The translations under genes were made by a program, and so were the position numbers. Below the pieces are notes generated by a model that ran no database searches, was not told the origin of the DNA, and saw only the letters and a list, made by a program, of their open reading frames with translations. A stretch of 64,000 bases of DNA. It comes from a bacterium. GTDB lineage: Bacteria; Actinomycetota; Acidimicrobiia; Acidimicrobiales; RAAP-2. The DNA is taken from NCBI GenBank assembly GCA_027365055.1, contig DAHXOD010000001.1, forward strand, positions 1,172 to 65,171, written 5' to 3'. How positions within the stretch are numbered: position 1 is the first letter of the stretch; the number at the start of each line of letters is the position of its first letter. Below are positions 16,143 to 25,214 of the stretch, one piece after another.

Positions 16143-17329
16143 TGGCGGCTCCCCGGCCGGCGTTCGCCGGCCGCACGGCGATCGCCGGGATCGGTGCCAC
16201 CGAGTTCTCCAAGGAGTCGGGCCGCAGCGAGCTCCGATTGGCGGTCGAGGCGGTCGACCTCGCCCTGCGCGACGCGGGGATCGAGCCCGACGAGGTGGAC
16301 GGTCTGGTGACCTTCAGCTCGGACACCAATCCGGAGATCGACGTGGCCCGGAGCCTGGGGATGGGCGAGCTCACGTTCTTCAGTCGCATTCACTACGGCG
16401 GCGGCGCCGGTTGTGGCACCATCCAACAAGCTGCCCTGGCCGTCGAGTCGGGCGTGGCCGACGTGGTGGTCTGCTATCGGGCGTTCAACGAGCGTTCGGG
16501 CAACCGGTTCGGTACCGGCGTGCAAGGCCGACCCCCCGCTGCGAACGCAGAGACAGCTCACTTCAGCTGGTACGCGCCGATGGGCCTGCTCACCCCGGCG
16601 CAGTGGGTGGCGATGGCCGCGCAGCGCTACCTGCATGTCACCGGGGCCACCTCCGAAGATCTGGGCCGGGTGGCGGTGGCCGACCGCAAGCATGCAGCCA
16701 CCAACCCGAAAGCCTGGTTCTACGGGAAACCGATCACCCTCGAGGAGCACCAGGCGTCCCGGTGGATCGTCGAGCCCCTCCACCTGCTCGACTGCTGCCA
16801 AGAAACCGACGGCGGCCAGGCGCTGGTGGTCACCTCGCTCGAGCGTGCCCGCGACCTGCCCAACCCGCCGGCGGTGATCGAGGCGGCCGCCCAAGGGTCG
16901 GGCAAGGGTCAGGAGATGATGACGTCCTACTACGCAGACGACCTGTGCGGGTTGCCCGAGATGGGGGTGGTGGCGCGCCAGCTGTGGGACGTGTCGGGGC
17001 TCGCACCCGGGGACATCCAGACGGCGGTGCTCTACGACCACTTCACCCCGTACGTCCTGTACCAGCTGGAAGAGCTCGGCTTCTGCGCCCGGGGGGAGGC
17101 GAAGGACTTCGTCCGCGACGGCAACATCGAGCTCGGGGGCGGGCTCCCGCTCAATCCGCACGGGGGGCAGCTCGGCGAGGCGTACCTCCACGGGATGAAC
17201 GGCATCGCCGAAGGGGTGCGCCAGGTGCGGGGTTCGGCGGTCAACCAGGTCACGGGAGTCGAACATGCCCTCGTCACCGCGGGAACCGGGGTGCCCACCA
17301 GCGGGCTGATCCTCGGGATCGACCGTTAG
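16139..17329 (+). CDS. Thiolase-like lipid-transfer protein (Ltp2-type retro-aldolase candidate)
   Basis: 396-aa ORF with an ATGA overlap. AIAGIGATEFSKESGRSELRL, YRAFNERSGNRFG and VADRKHAATNPKAWFYGKPITLEEHQASRWIVEPLHLLDCCQETDG closely match my memory of mycobacterial Ltp2. Confidence 0.8.
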   Translation: MMAAPRPAFAGRTAIAGIGATEFSKESGRSELRLAVEAVDLALRDAGIEPDEVDGLVTFSSDTNPEIDVARSLGMGELTFFSRIHYGGGAGCGTIQQAALAVESGVADVVVCYRAFNERSGNRFGTGVQGRPPAANAETAHFSWYAPMGLLTPAQWVAMAAQRYLHVTGATSEDLGRVAVADRKHAATNPKAWFYGKPITLEEHQASRWIVEPLHLLDCCQETDGGQALVVTSLERARDLPNPPAVIEAAAQGSGKGQEMMTSYYADDLCGLPEMGVVARQLWDVSGLAPGDIQTAVLYDHFTPYVLYQLEELGFCARGEAKDFVRDGNIELGGGLPLNPHGGQLGEAYLHGMNGIAEGVRQVRGSAVNQVTGVEHALVTAGTGVPTSGLILGIDR

Positions 17330-17369
17330 GCGCCACGACGGGCGTCCGGGAGACCGGAGGCGGCGGGTC

Positions 17370-17867
17370 TCACCCCGGCCCGCTGTCCCGTAGCTGCTCG
17401 TCGAGCGCCTGAGCCTCGATGTCGAGCCGCCGGAGCAGTCCGGGAACGATCGTCCGCTCGGCCATGCGGCCGAGACCGGGTATCGCGACGCGCAGTTCCC
17501 CGTCGAGCACTCGTGTGGTGGTCGCCCCTCCGGCGACCAGGGAGAACGTCGCCGTTCCGTGGAGGAGCTGCGGTCCACGCTCCGCCTCGAACCTGAGGGT
17601 GCCAGTATCCCGCGACCGGTCGACGGTGAGGGTCTGGATCCACGTGAGCCGGCCCGACCCGATGAGGCGTCGGGCGATGGGGTCGAGCGAACCCTCGAAC
17701 TCGTAGCGGAGCTGCAACAGGGCGCCATCGGCGTCGTCCCGGTGGTCGAGCACCTCGGGCCGGCTCAGGTCGGGCAGTGTGAGTGCTCGGGCGAAGACAG
17801 GGTCGGTCAGGAGCGTGGCCACCGAGGCCACGGTTCCCCCGAATTGGTGCTCGGCACGGAATCGCAC
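17370..17867 (-). CDS. DUF2505/SRPBCC-like protein
   Basis: 165-aa ORF. The pattern MRFRAEH.F.G....V..LL.DP.F resembles the actinobacterial DUF2505 family. The family call is by memory only. Confidence 0.55.
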   Translation of the reverse strand: MRFRAEHQFGGTVASVATLLTDPVFARALTLPDLSRPEVLDHRDDADGALLQLRYEFEGSLDPIARRLIGSGRLTWIQTLTVDRSRDTGTLRFEAERGPQLLHGTATFSLVAGGATTTRVLDGELRVAIPGLGRMAERTIVPGLLRRLDIEAQALDEQLRDSGPG

Positions 17868-17966
17868 GAGCCGATCCTGCCACGGCGGGGATGGCTCTGG
17901 TCGGAGTATCGGGTGCCCGAACGTCGGTCCTTCCTCGCGTTGGCACCCGCGGCTAGGGTCGCCGCC

Positions 17967-19979
17967 ATGCAGTCGGTGGTGACCCGGCCGAAGGAGCCGG
18001 TGGGACTGTGTGGTGGCCCCCGGCTGCCTGGCGGAGTGTCGGCGGATGGAGGGCCGAAGGACAAACGTACGCCGAGCCGCTCGGCGCTCTGTGTAGCGAT
18101 CGGCACCTTTGTGCTCATCGTGGCAGATGTGCCCGGGTTGTCGTACACGGTGTGGGCGCCCAAGATGGCCGCACTGCTGGTGCTCGGCGCCGCCGGGCTG
18201 CCCGTCCTGGTGCTGCGTGCTCGATCCGGCCGGCGATCACCGACCGGACCCCCGGCGATCGCAGCCCTGGTGTTCGTGGGGATCGCTTCGATCGCCACCG
18301 CGATGTCGCCCGCTGTGCTGTCGGCGGTGGTCGGCCTCTACGACCAGGGTACCGGGTTGGTGTTCGTGGTGGCATTGGCCGGGGTCTGGGCCCTCGGCAC
18401 AACCCTGAGCGACGACGCCGGGCGATCGCTGCTGGAGCAAGTGGTCGTGGCCGCGGCAGTAGTGAACGCGGTGGTGGCGGTGCTGCAGACGACGGTCGGC
18501 CTGGCGAGCACGGTGCCGATCGAGGGATCGCACGCCACCGGCCTGCTCGGCAACTCTGTGTTCTTCGGCGCGGTCTGCGTGGCTGCGCTGGCGGTGCTCG
18601 GGGGGAGGTTTGTCGACGATCCCCGTCGCTGGACCGTTCCGCTGGTGTTGGTCGCCGCCGGGATCGGCGCGTCCGCCCAACGGCTACCGGCTCTGCTGAT
18701 GCTGGGGATCCTGATCGCGGAGATCGCGGTCGCCGCCTATCGCAGCCGTTACGACGGTGTCCCCGCCAAGGCGGCGCTGCGTGCCTGGTTCTGCGGAGTC
18801 ACTGGCGTGTCCTGGCTGGTTGGTTCGATCCTGTGGTCGCTGGCCCACGGGAAGAGCCTGGTCGGTGCGTTCACTTCCGGTGGGGGAGCCGGGGCGATCG
18901 GCTACAACGCGCAGTCGACGGCCCAGACCACCTTCGGCGACCGGTTCGGCATCTGGCGGGTGGCGGCGACCGCGGTCGGTCACCGGCCCTTCTTCGGCTA
19001 CGGGCCGGGACAGTTTCGAGACGCAACCTCGGGAAGGTTGTCGCTTGCCCTGGCCCGTTCCCTGGGCGCCACGTTGTTCGGGGACGCCCACAACCTCTTC
19101 GTCGAGTACGCGACGACGACCGGATTGCTCGGGTTGGTGGCCCTGTGCGCCTGGCTCGCACTCGCGGCGAGGAATCGACGGGGACGCTTGTTGCTGATGG
19201 CGGTGGTGCTGCTGCTGACAGGGTTGGCCGAGCCCCAGAACGTGGTGACGACCCCTCTCTTGTTCGTGGCACTGGGTGCAGCGGCTCTCGGTGGGCGTCG
19301 GTCCGGCACGGATCGCCGACCGTTGGCGACGGTCCTCGGCGTGCCGGCGGGAGACTCATCGGGTGCGGAGGCTCCCCTTCGCCCCGGTGTGCCGGGTGGG
19401 AAGGCCGGTCGCTCGGCGGTGGTGGGATGCGCCGTCGTTGCCGCCTTGGCCGGACTGGCGCTGGTGGTCGGCGACCTGCAGTACAACCAGGCCTCCAAGC
19501 TCTCCGCCGTGGGCAGCCAGTCGGCGGCGATCCGCACCGCGGCGTCCGCCGACCGGGAGCTGTTCCCATGGCCGCTGGCACCATCGTTGATGGCCAACGC
19601 CGAACTGATCCGGAACTTCGGGATCACACCGGCAGCTGGTGCGGTGGCCGCTACCTATGCACAGCAGGCCATCCGACGCGACCCGACCGACGCTGACTTG
19701 TGGGCCCGCCTGGCCACCATCCAGTTCGATGCCGGCATGCTGGCCGGAGCGCGTCAGTCAGCCCTGACCGGGTTGCGCCTGCGTCCCCTGGACACCTCTT
19801 TGCTCAATACGCTGGGATTCGTAGCGCGCCGCCAGGGGAACCGCGCCGAGGCACGCCGGGCATTCGGGCGGTCGCTCGAGGTGAACCCGCACCAGAAGGC
19901 CGTCCGGAATCTCTACACGCTCGGGTGCATTCCCCCGTCGACCGGGATCCTCATTCCCCGATCCGAGCTCTGCCCGTGA
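17967..19979 (+). CDS. O-antigen ligase (Wzy_C)-like polytopic membrane protein with C-terminal TPR repeats
   Basis: In-frame ATG 17967; the upstream part of track ORF 17559.. is antisense to the DUF2505 gene. The protein has about 10 TM helices. Its GYGPGQF..GDAHNLFVEYATTTG loop is typical of O-antigen ligase/Wzy_C. The C-terminus has TPR-like repeats (..RQGNRAEARRAFGRSLEVNP..). Confidence 0.7.
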   Translation: MQSVVTRPKEPVGLCGGPRLPGGVSADGGPKDKRTPSRSALCVAIGTFVLIVADVPGLSYTVWAPKMAALLVLGAAGLPVLVLRARSGRRSPTGPPAIAALVFVGIASIATAMSPAVLSAVVGLYDQGTGLVFVVALAGVWALGTTLSDDAGRSLLEQVVVAAAVVNAVVAVLQTTVGLASTVPIEGSHATGLLGNSVFFGAVCVAALAVLGGRFVDDPRRWTVPLVLVAAGIGASAQRLPALLMLGILIAEIAVAAYRSRYDGVPAKAALRAWFCGVTGVSWLVGSILWSLAHGKSLVGAFTSGGGAGAIGYNAQSTAQTTFGDRFGIWRVAATAVGHRPFFGYGPGQFRDATSGRLSLALARSLGATLFGDAHNLFVEYATTTGLLGLVALCAWLALAARNRRGRLLLMAVVLLLTGLAEPQNVVTTPLLFVALGAAALGGRRSGTDRRPLATVLGVPAGDSSGAEAPLRPGVPGGKAGRSAVVGCAVVAALAGLALVVGDLQYNQASKLSAVGSQSAAIRTAASADRELFPWPLAPSLMANAELIRNFGITPAAGAVAATYAQQAIRRDPTDADLWARLATIQFDAGMLAGARQSALTGLRLRPLDTSLLNTLGFVARRQGNRAEARRAFGRSLEVNPHQKAVRNLYTLGCIPPSTGILIPRSELCP

Positions 19980-20054
19980 TCCGGCGGCACAGGGGCCCAC
20001 GGACTCGGTAGTCCGCCGGGGACGAGACCGGTCCGCTGCGCCGCGACCGCCGGG

Positions 20055-20082
20055 TCAGGCAGGGATGTTCAGGCAGGGATGT
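20055..20082. repeat. Perfect 14-bp tandem duplication (tcaggcagggatgt x2) covering the rpmB stop codon
   Basis: 20055-20068 equals 20069-20082. The second copy begins exactly at the rpmB stop (tca on the + strand). Confidence 0.9.
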
Positions 20083-20278
20083 TGCGAACCGGTCGCTTGG
20101 TGACCTTTCCCGATCGGATGCACGACGTGCAGGCGTTCAGACGGCGGGGTGACCCGTCGACGAGGGCGCGTACCCGCTGGATGTTCGGATCCCAGCGACG
20201 CTTGGTGCGCCGGTGGGAGTGACTGATGTTCATACCGAACGACGGCTTTTTGCCGCAGACCTCACACACCGCTGCCAT
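20069..20278 (-). CDS. rpmB: 50S ribosomal protein L28 (Zn-ribbon C+ form)
   Basis: MAAVCEVCGKKPSFGMNISHSHRRTKRRWDPNIQRV..CTSCIRSGKV is unmistakably L28. The start is taken at the internal ATG 20278. Confidence 0.93.
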   Translation of the reverse strand: MAAVCEVCGKKPSFGMNISHSHRRTKRRWDPNIQRVRALVDGSPRRLNACTSCIRSGKVTKRPVRNIPA

Positions 20279-20339
20279 GACGCGTCGACTTCCTTCCACA
20301 TTCCCTCGTCGGACGGATCAAAGGTTAGCATCGCTGACC

Positions 20340-22091
20340 ATGGGGGTCCCCGACACGCTGCATCCGGCAACGCTGTGCCGGGTGGTGACGGCCTTTCGCG
20401 ATGTCCTCCGCTCCCACCAAGAGGTGATCAACCGGCTGAACGTCTACCCGGTGCCCGACGGCGACACCGGCACCAACATGGCGTTGACGCTCGAGACGGT
20501 GGTGGCCGAGCTGGCCACCCTCGAGTCTCCCGACGGTTCAGCCGGTGGTGCTGCACCGGACCGGGCGTCACTGGACATGGCTGCGACCTGCAAGGCCATC
20601 GCCCACGGTTCACTGATGGGGGCGCGCGGCAACTCGGGGGTGATCCTGTCTCAGATGCTCCGGGGGATCGGCGACGGATTGACGGAGACCGACGGTCCCG
20701 CGGGCGCCAAGGAGCTGGCCCGGGCCCTGACCCTGGCCGACGAGCTGGCCCGCCAGGCGGTGATGCGTCCGGTCGAGGGGACGATCCTGACGGTTGCCCG
20801 GGGTGCGGCAGAGGGGGCCAGGATCGCAGCTGACTCGGGCAAGGGGCTGATCGAGGTCGTGGTGGCTGCCCGGGACGCTGCCGCGACGACGCTGGCTCGT
20901 ACGCCCGATCTGCTGCCGGTGCTGGCCCGGGCCGGCGTGGTCGATGCCGGTGGCTCGGGGTATTTGTTGTTGTTCGATGCGCTGCTGTCGGTACTGGACG
21001 GCCGCCCCCTCCCGGTTCCCCCCGAGCTGAATGAACCGATGGACCGGCGAGCAGACGTGATCGGGGAGCCGACGACCGGGGCGGGGGCTGACGACCGGGC
21101 AGCTGGCTCCTCGGGCGGTGTCGACGGTGCCGTGGCCGGTCTCCGCTACGAGGTGATGTACCTGCTCGAAGCCCCGGACGACACCATTCCTTCGTTCAAG
21201 GAGGTCTGGGCCGGGTTGGGTGACTCGATCGTGGTGGTCGGCGGCGACGGGCTCTGGAACTGCCACATTCACACCGACGACATCGGTGCGTCGGTCGAAG
21301 CCTCCCTGGATGCCGGCCGGCCCCGCCACATCCGAGTGACCGACCTGCTCGAGCAGGTCGAGGAGGAGCGTTGGGTTCGCGAGGCCGCGTCCATGGCCGG
21401 GGTCGGCCCCGAGGACACGCCACCCGGACCACCGCCGGTCACCGGAGTGGTGGCAGTGGCCACCGGCGACGGTGTCGGCCGGATCTTCCGGTCGTTGGGG
21501 GTCGAGCGGGTACTCGCCGGGGGCCAATCGATGAACCCGTCCACCGCCGAGCTGCTCGACGCCGTGGAAGCGGTCCGCTCCGACGAAGTGGTCATCCTTC
21601 CCAACAACAAGAACATCCGGCCGGTGGCGGAGGGGGTGGACGCGCTGACGTCCAAGTCGATCCGGGTGGTGCCCACCAATACCATCGCCGAGGGATTTGC
21701 CGCGCTGCTCGCCTACGACCCTGGGGCACACGGCGATGTGAACGCCCGGGCGATGGAGACCTCGGCCTGCCGAGTGGTGGCGGGCGAGGTGACCCGAGCG
21801 GTGCGTGACTCCGACAGCGATGCCGGCCCGATCGTCGCCGGCGACTGGCTGGGGCTGTCGCGCACCGGGATCGAGGTGGTGGCCGACACGCTTGCCGACG
21901 CGGCCTGCTCCTTGCTCGATCGCCTGGTCGAGGACGACCACGACCTGGTGACCATGATCGAAGGGGAGGGTTCGAGCGCGGCCGATACCCGCCGGATCAC
22001 CGAATGGCTGCGTGAGCACCGGGCGGGCGTGCTGACCGAGGTGCACCACGGCGGCCAACCGCTCTATCCGTACCTGTTCTCGATCGAATGA
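20340..22091 (+). CDS. DAK2 domain fusion protein (YloV family)
   Basis: INRLNVYPVPDGDTGTNMALT is the DAK2/YloV signature. It uses in-frame ATG 20340 and lies divergent from rpmB, as in many Gram-positives. Confidence 0.88.
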   Translation: MGVPDTLHPATLCRVVTAFRDVLRSHQEVINRLNVYPVPDGDTGTNMALTLETVVAELATLESPDGSAGGAAPDRASLDMAATCKAIAHGSLMGARGNSGVILSQMLRGIGDGLTETDGPAGAKELARALTLADELARQAVMRPVEGTILTVARGAAEGARIAADSGKGLIEVVVAARDAAATTLARTPDLLPVLARAGVVDAGGSGYLLLFDALLSVLDGRPLPVPPELNEPMDRRADVIGEPTTGAGADDRAAGSSGGVDGAVAGLRYEVMYLLEAPDDTIPSFKEVWAGLGDSIVVVGGDGLWNCHIHTDDIGASVEASLDAGRPRHIRVTDLLEQVEEERWVREAASMAGVGPEDTPPGPPPVTGVVAVATGDGVGRIFRSLGVERVLAGGQSMNPSTAELLDAVEAVRSDEVVILPNNKNIRPVAEGVDALTSKSIRVVPTNTIAEGFAALLAYDPGAHGDVNARAMETSACRVVAGEVTRAVRDSDSDAGPIVAGDWLGLSRTGIEVVADTLADAACSLLDRLVEDDHDLVTMIEGEGSSAADTRRITEWLREHRAGVLTEVHHGGQPLYPYLFSIE

Positions 22092-24403
22092 ACCCGGGGC
22101 GGACCGGGATCTCCGACCAGATCCGGCGCTCGGGTTCGACCGAGGCGCCGGGTCGGGGCGGGCACGGCACGGGGCGGAGGCTGGCGCAGCTCGACGGGCT
22201 GGCAGTGACCGTGCTCGGCGGGGTGGGGGAGGGCGTGCGCCGTGAGCTGGCCGAGCTCGGGATCGAATCGGTCCTCGATCTGTTGACCCACTATCCCCGG
22301 CGCTACATCGACGGCACCCGGATGGCCCCTCTGTCAGAGGTGGTAGCCGGTGAGGCGGTCTCCGTGCTGGGTGAGGTCCGCGAAGTCCGCCGTTCGCCGC
22401 CGCGATCCGGTCGGGGGGGTGGTCGGGGGCGGGGGCCCGCCCGAGTCGACCTGGACGTATCGGACGGGACCGGCCGCCTCCGTATGGTGTTCTTCAACCA
22501 GATCTGGCGGGCGGGGCAGCTTCCGGTGGGGACGCTCGCCCTCTTCTACGGCAAGGTCGGGGAGTACCGGGGTGCGCTCCAGATGGTCAACCCGACGGCT
22601 GAGGTGCTCCGGACCGGTCCCGCCGAGGACCTGCCATCCCCTGGCGAACGCAGTGCTCCGGGTGCCCGTCCCGACGACGGTCCCCCGGCCGGTCGGGTGT
22701 ACCCGGTCTACCCGCTGAGTGAGAAGGCGGACCTGACCTCGGCCCGGCTGGGCCGATTCGTGGCCGAGGCACTCGACCGCGCCGGCGTCTTCGCCGACCC
22801 GCTGCCCGACGACTGGCGTAAGCGGATCCATCTCCTCGATCGGACCTCGGCGTGGAATCGGATTCACCGTCCGGCCCACACGGGCCAGACCGAGCCTGCT
22901 CGCCGCCGCTTGGCGTTCGACGAGCTCTTCCGCCTGCAGCTGGCGATGGTGCTCCGCCAGCAGCGCCTGAGGGAGGACGCCCGGGGTATCCGCCACGTGG
23001 TGGCTCGTCCGGGGGGGCCCACCCTGCCCGAACGGTTCCTCGACGCGCTCCCGTTCGAGCCCACCGGGGCCCAACGGCGCGCGATCGGGACGATCCTGGC
23101 CGACCTGGGCGGGCCACTGCCGATGCATCGCCTGCTGCAGGGCGATGTCGGCGCCGGAAAAACCGTGGTGGCCGTGGCCGCGCTGCTGGCCGCGATCGAG
23201 GGTGGGCATCAAGGGGCCCTGATGGCCCCGACCGAAGTGCTGGCCGAGCAGCACGGAGCCGCGGTCGTGCGGCTGCTCGAGGGAGTGACGCTTCCGGACC
23301 CGGCCACGCTGTCAGGCCAGCGGCCCGTGTCGGTCGCCGTGCTGACCGCTCGGACCGGAGTCCGTGAGCGCAGGGCCATTCAGCAGGGCCTGACGGACGG
23401 GACGGTCGACCTGGTGATCGGTACCCATGCACTCCTCGGCGACGAGGTGTGGTTCCACTCCCTCGGAGTCGTGGTGATCGACGAACAGCATCGTTTCGGG
23501 GTCGAGCAACGGGCGGCTCTCCGGGCGAAGGGCCGGGGCCGAGACGGGGACGGGCAGGACCCGGACCTGTTGGTGATGACGGCGACGCCGATTCCCCGCA
23601 CGGCCGCGATGGTGGTGTTCGGCGACCTGGACCGGACCGAGGTGGACGAGCTGCCGTCCGGCCGGAGCCCGGTCAGCACCCGTTGGTTGCGCACCGACCT
23701 GGAGGATGGTGCCGCCTGGTCCAAGGTCAGAGAGGAGGTGGCGGCGGGTCGGCGCGCGTTCGTGGTCTGCCCGCTCGTCGAGGGCTCGGAGCGCGTCGAG
23801 GCGACCTCGGTGGTCCACGAGGCCGAGCGGCTGGCAATCGGAGAGCTGGCCGGCCTCCGGGTCGGCTTGTTGCACGGTCAGATGCGCGCCGGAGAGAAGG
23901 AGTCGGTGATGACTGCGTTCCGGGACGGAGCGATCGACGTGCTGGTGGCGACCACGGTGATCGAAGTCGGCGTGGATGTACCGGAGGCCACGGTCATGGT
24001 GGTGGAGGACGCCGACCGCTTCGGGATCGCCCAGTTGCATCAGCTCCGCGGCCGGGTCGGTCGTGGTGCCGACCCGTCGTGGTGCTACCTGCTGGCCCGG
24101 ACCGAGCAGCCCGAAGCGGTGGCCCGGCTCGAAGCGCTCGAACGCAGTACCGATGGGTTTGCACTGGCCGACGTGGACCTCGGCCTCCGGGGCGAGGGCA
24201 CCATCCTCGGGGCTCGCCAGAAGGGTCGGAGCGACCTGGTCCTGGCCCGGCTCCTGTCCGATGGAGACCTGGTGGACGCGGCACGTTCACTCGCCGAATC
24301 GGTGGTCGAGACCGATCCGACGTTGGCCGGTCACCCCCTCCTGGTGGACGAGCTCCGCCTGTTCGTCGACGACGACGAGGCGGCGTTTCTGTTCAAGAGC
24401 TGA
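22088..24403 (+). CDS. recG: ATP-dependent DNA helicase RecG
   Basis: Features include LTHYPRRYID, Walker A GDVGAGKTVVA, DEQHRFGV, and TATPIPRT. There is an ATGA overlap with the upstream gene. Confidence 0.93.
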   Translation: MNPGRTGISDQIRRSGSTEAPGRGGHGTGRRLAQLDGLAVTVLGGVGEGVRRELAELGIESVLDLLTHYPRRYIDGTRMAPLSEVVAGEAVSVLGEVREVRRSPPRSGRGGGRGRGPARVDLDVSDGTGRLRMVFFNQIWRAGQLPVGTLALFYGKVGEYRGALQMVNPTAEVLRTGPAEDLPSPGERSAPGARPDDGPPAGRVYPVYPLSEKADLTSARLGRFVAEALDRAGVFADPLPDDWRKRIHLLDRTSAWNRIHRPAHTGQTEPARRRLAFDELFRLQLAMVLRQQRLREDARGIRHVVARPGGPTLPERFLDALPFEPTGAQRRAIGTILADLGGPLPMHRLLQGDVGAGKTVVAVAALLAAIEGGHQGALMAPTEVLAEQHGAAVVRLLEGVTLPDPATLSGQRPVSVAVLTARTGVRERRAIQQGLTDGTVDLVIGTHALLGDEVWFHSLGVVVIDEQHRFGVEQRAALRAKGRGRDGDGQDPDLLVMTATPIPRTAAMVVFGDLDRTEVDELPSGRSPVSTRWLRTDLEDGAAWSKVREEVAAGRRAFVVCPLVEGSERVEATSVVHEAERLAIGELAGLRVGLLHGQMRAGEKESVMTAFRDGAIDVLVATTVIEVGVDVPEATVMVVEDADRFGIAQLHQLRGRVGRGADPSWCYLLARTEQPEAVARLEALERSTDGFALADVDLGLRGEGTILGARQKGRSDLVLARLLSDGDLVDAARSLAESVVETDPTLAGHPLLVDELRLFVDDDEAAFLFKS

Positions 24404-24515
24404 CCCGTGCTCGGGACGCTCGGCGACCGGTCCGGTTGGGCGGACCGGTCCGTCGCCGGGCTGGTGCCGCCGGTCAGCAGCAAGGCCCGCTCGAGCCGAC
24501 CGGTAGGATCGGCGG

Positions 24516-25214
24516 GTGCGCGTGATCGGAGGCGACTACCGGGGGAGGCGCCTGGCGGCACCGGTCGGCGGCACGGTGAGGCCGACGTCGGACCGGGTGC
24601 GCGAAGCCGTGTTCGACATGCTGTTCAGCCTCGGAGGTGTCGATGGCCTGCAGGTGGTGGACCTGTTCGCCGGCACCGGTGCACTGGGGATCGAAGCCCT
24701 CTCGAGAGGGGCCGCCTCGGCCACGTTCGTCGACCGCGATCCGGCCAGCCTCGATGCGGTGCGGCGGAACCTCGAGGCGATCGGCCTGGAGCAGGCAGTT
24801 CCGAGTGGTGAGGCGACCTTGGTGCGTGGCGACGTGGAGGGATGGGTGACGACCACCGCTTCGCGCTTCGACGTGGTGTTCTGCGATCCGCCCTACGACT
24901 ACGAAGGGTGGGAGGTGCTGCTCACCCGGTTGCCCGGCGACCTGGGCGTCCTGGAATCGGGACGAACGCTGCCTGAGGTGGCCGGCTGCCGCGTCCTCAA
25001 GACCAAGCGCTATGGGGGTACCATCGTCACGGTGGTCGTTCCCGAGCGGCCCGACGTGGGGAACGACGACAGCGATGGGCGGTCGCCGGACTGCCACGGC
25101 GAGTCGCCGGTCCCACCGCCCGCACAGACCCCACCGCCCGCAGAGTCCCCGACACTCGCACAGACCCCACCGCCCGCACAGTCCCCGACACTCGCACAGA
25201 AAGGTCCCTCGTGA
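24516..25214 (+). CDS. rsmD: 16S rRNA (guanine966-N2)-methyltransferase RsmD with Pro/Thr/Gln-rich repeat tail
   Basis: VRVIGGDYRGRRL..RPTSDRVREAVF..DLFAGTGALGIEALSRGA..FCDPPY. A tail of about 55 aa follows the conserved end of the domain. Confidence 0.9.
   Translation: MRVIGGDYRGRRLAAPVGGTVRPTSDRVREAVFDMLFSLGGVDGLQVVDLFAGTGALGIEALSRGAASATFVDRDPASLDAVRRNLEAIGLEQAVPSGEATLVRGDVEGWVTTTASRFDVVFCDPPYDYEGWEVLLTRLPGDLGVLESGRTLPEVAGCRVLKTKRYGGTIVTVVVPERPDVGNDDSDGRSPDCHGESPVPPPAQTPPPAESPTLAQTPPPAQSPTLAQKGPS
25122..25200. repeat. 36-bp tandem repeat x2.2 in the rsmD 3' tail
   Basis: Units 25122-25157 and 25158-25193 differ at 1 nt, with a partial third copy. They encode AQTPPPAESPTL / AQTPPPAQSPTL. 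Confidence 0.9.

Noticed and set aside
17349-17374. Short hairpin (gagacc..ggtctc) between the convergent ltp2-like and DUF2505 genes as a bidirectional terminator.
   Set aside because: The stem is only about 6-7 bp, there is no U-tract, and it overlaps the DUF2505 stop. It is too weak to report as a feature.
14257-17728. Long minus-strand ORFs (14257..15555 and 15956..17728) across the igr-like operon.
   Set aside because: They are antisense to strongly supported ACAD, hotdog and Ltp2 genes. They show no recognisable motifs and have shadow-ORF composition.
24421-24458. GC-rich hairpin (cggcgaccggtcc...ggaccggtccgtcgccg) after recG as an intrinsic terminator.
   Set aside because: The stem has a bulge and there is no U-tract. 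rsmD starts 58 nt later and may be co-transcribed. The evidence is not enough to call a terminator.
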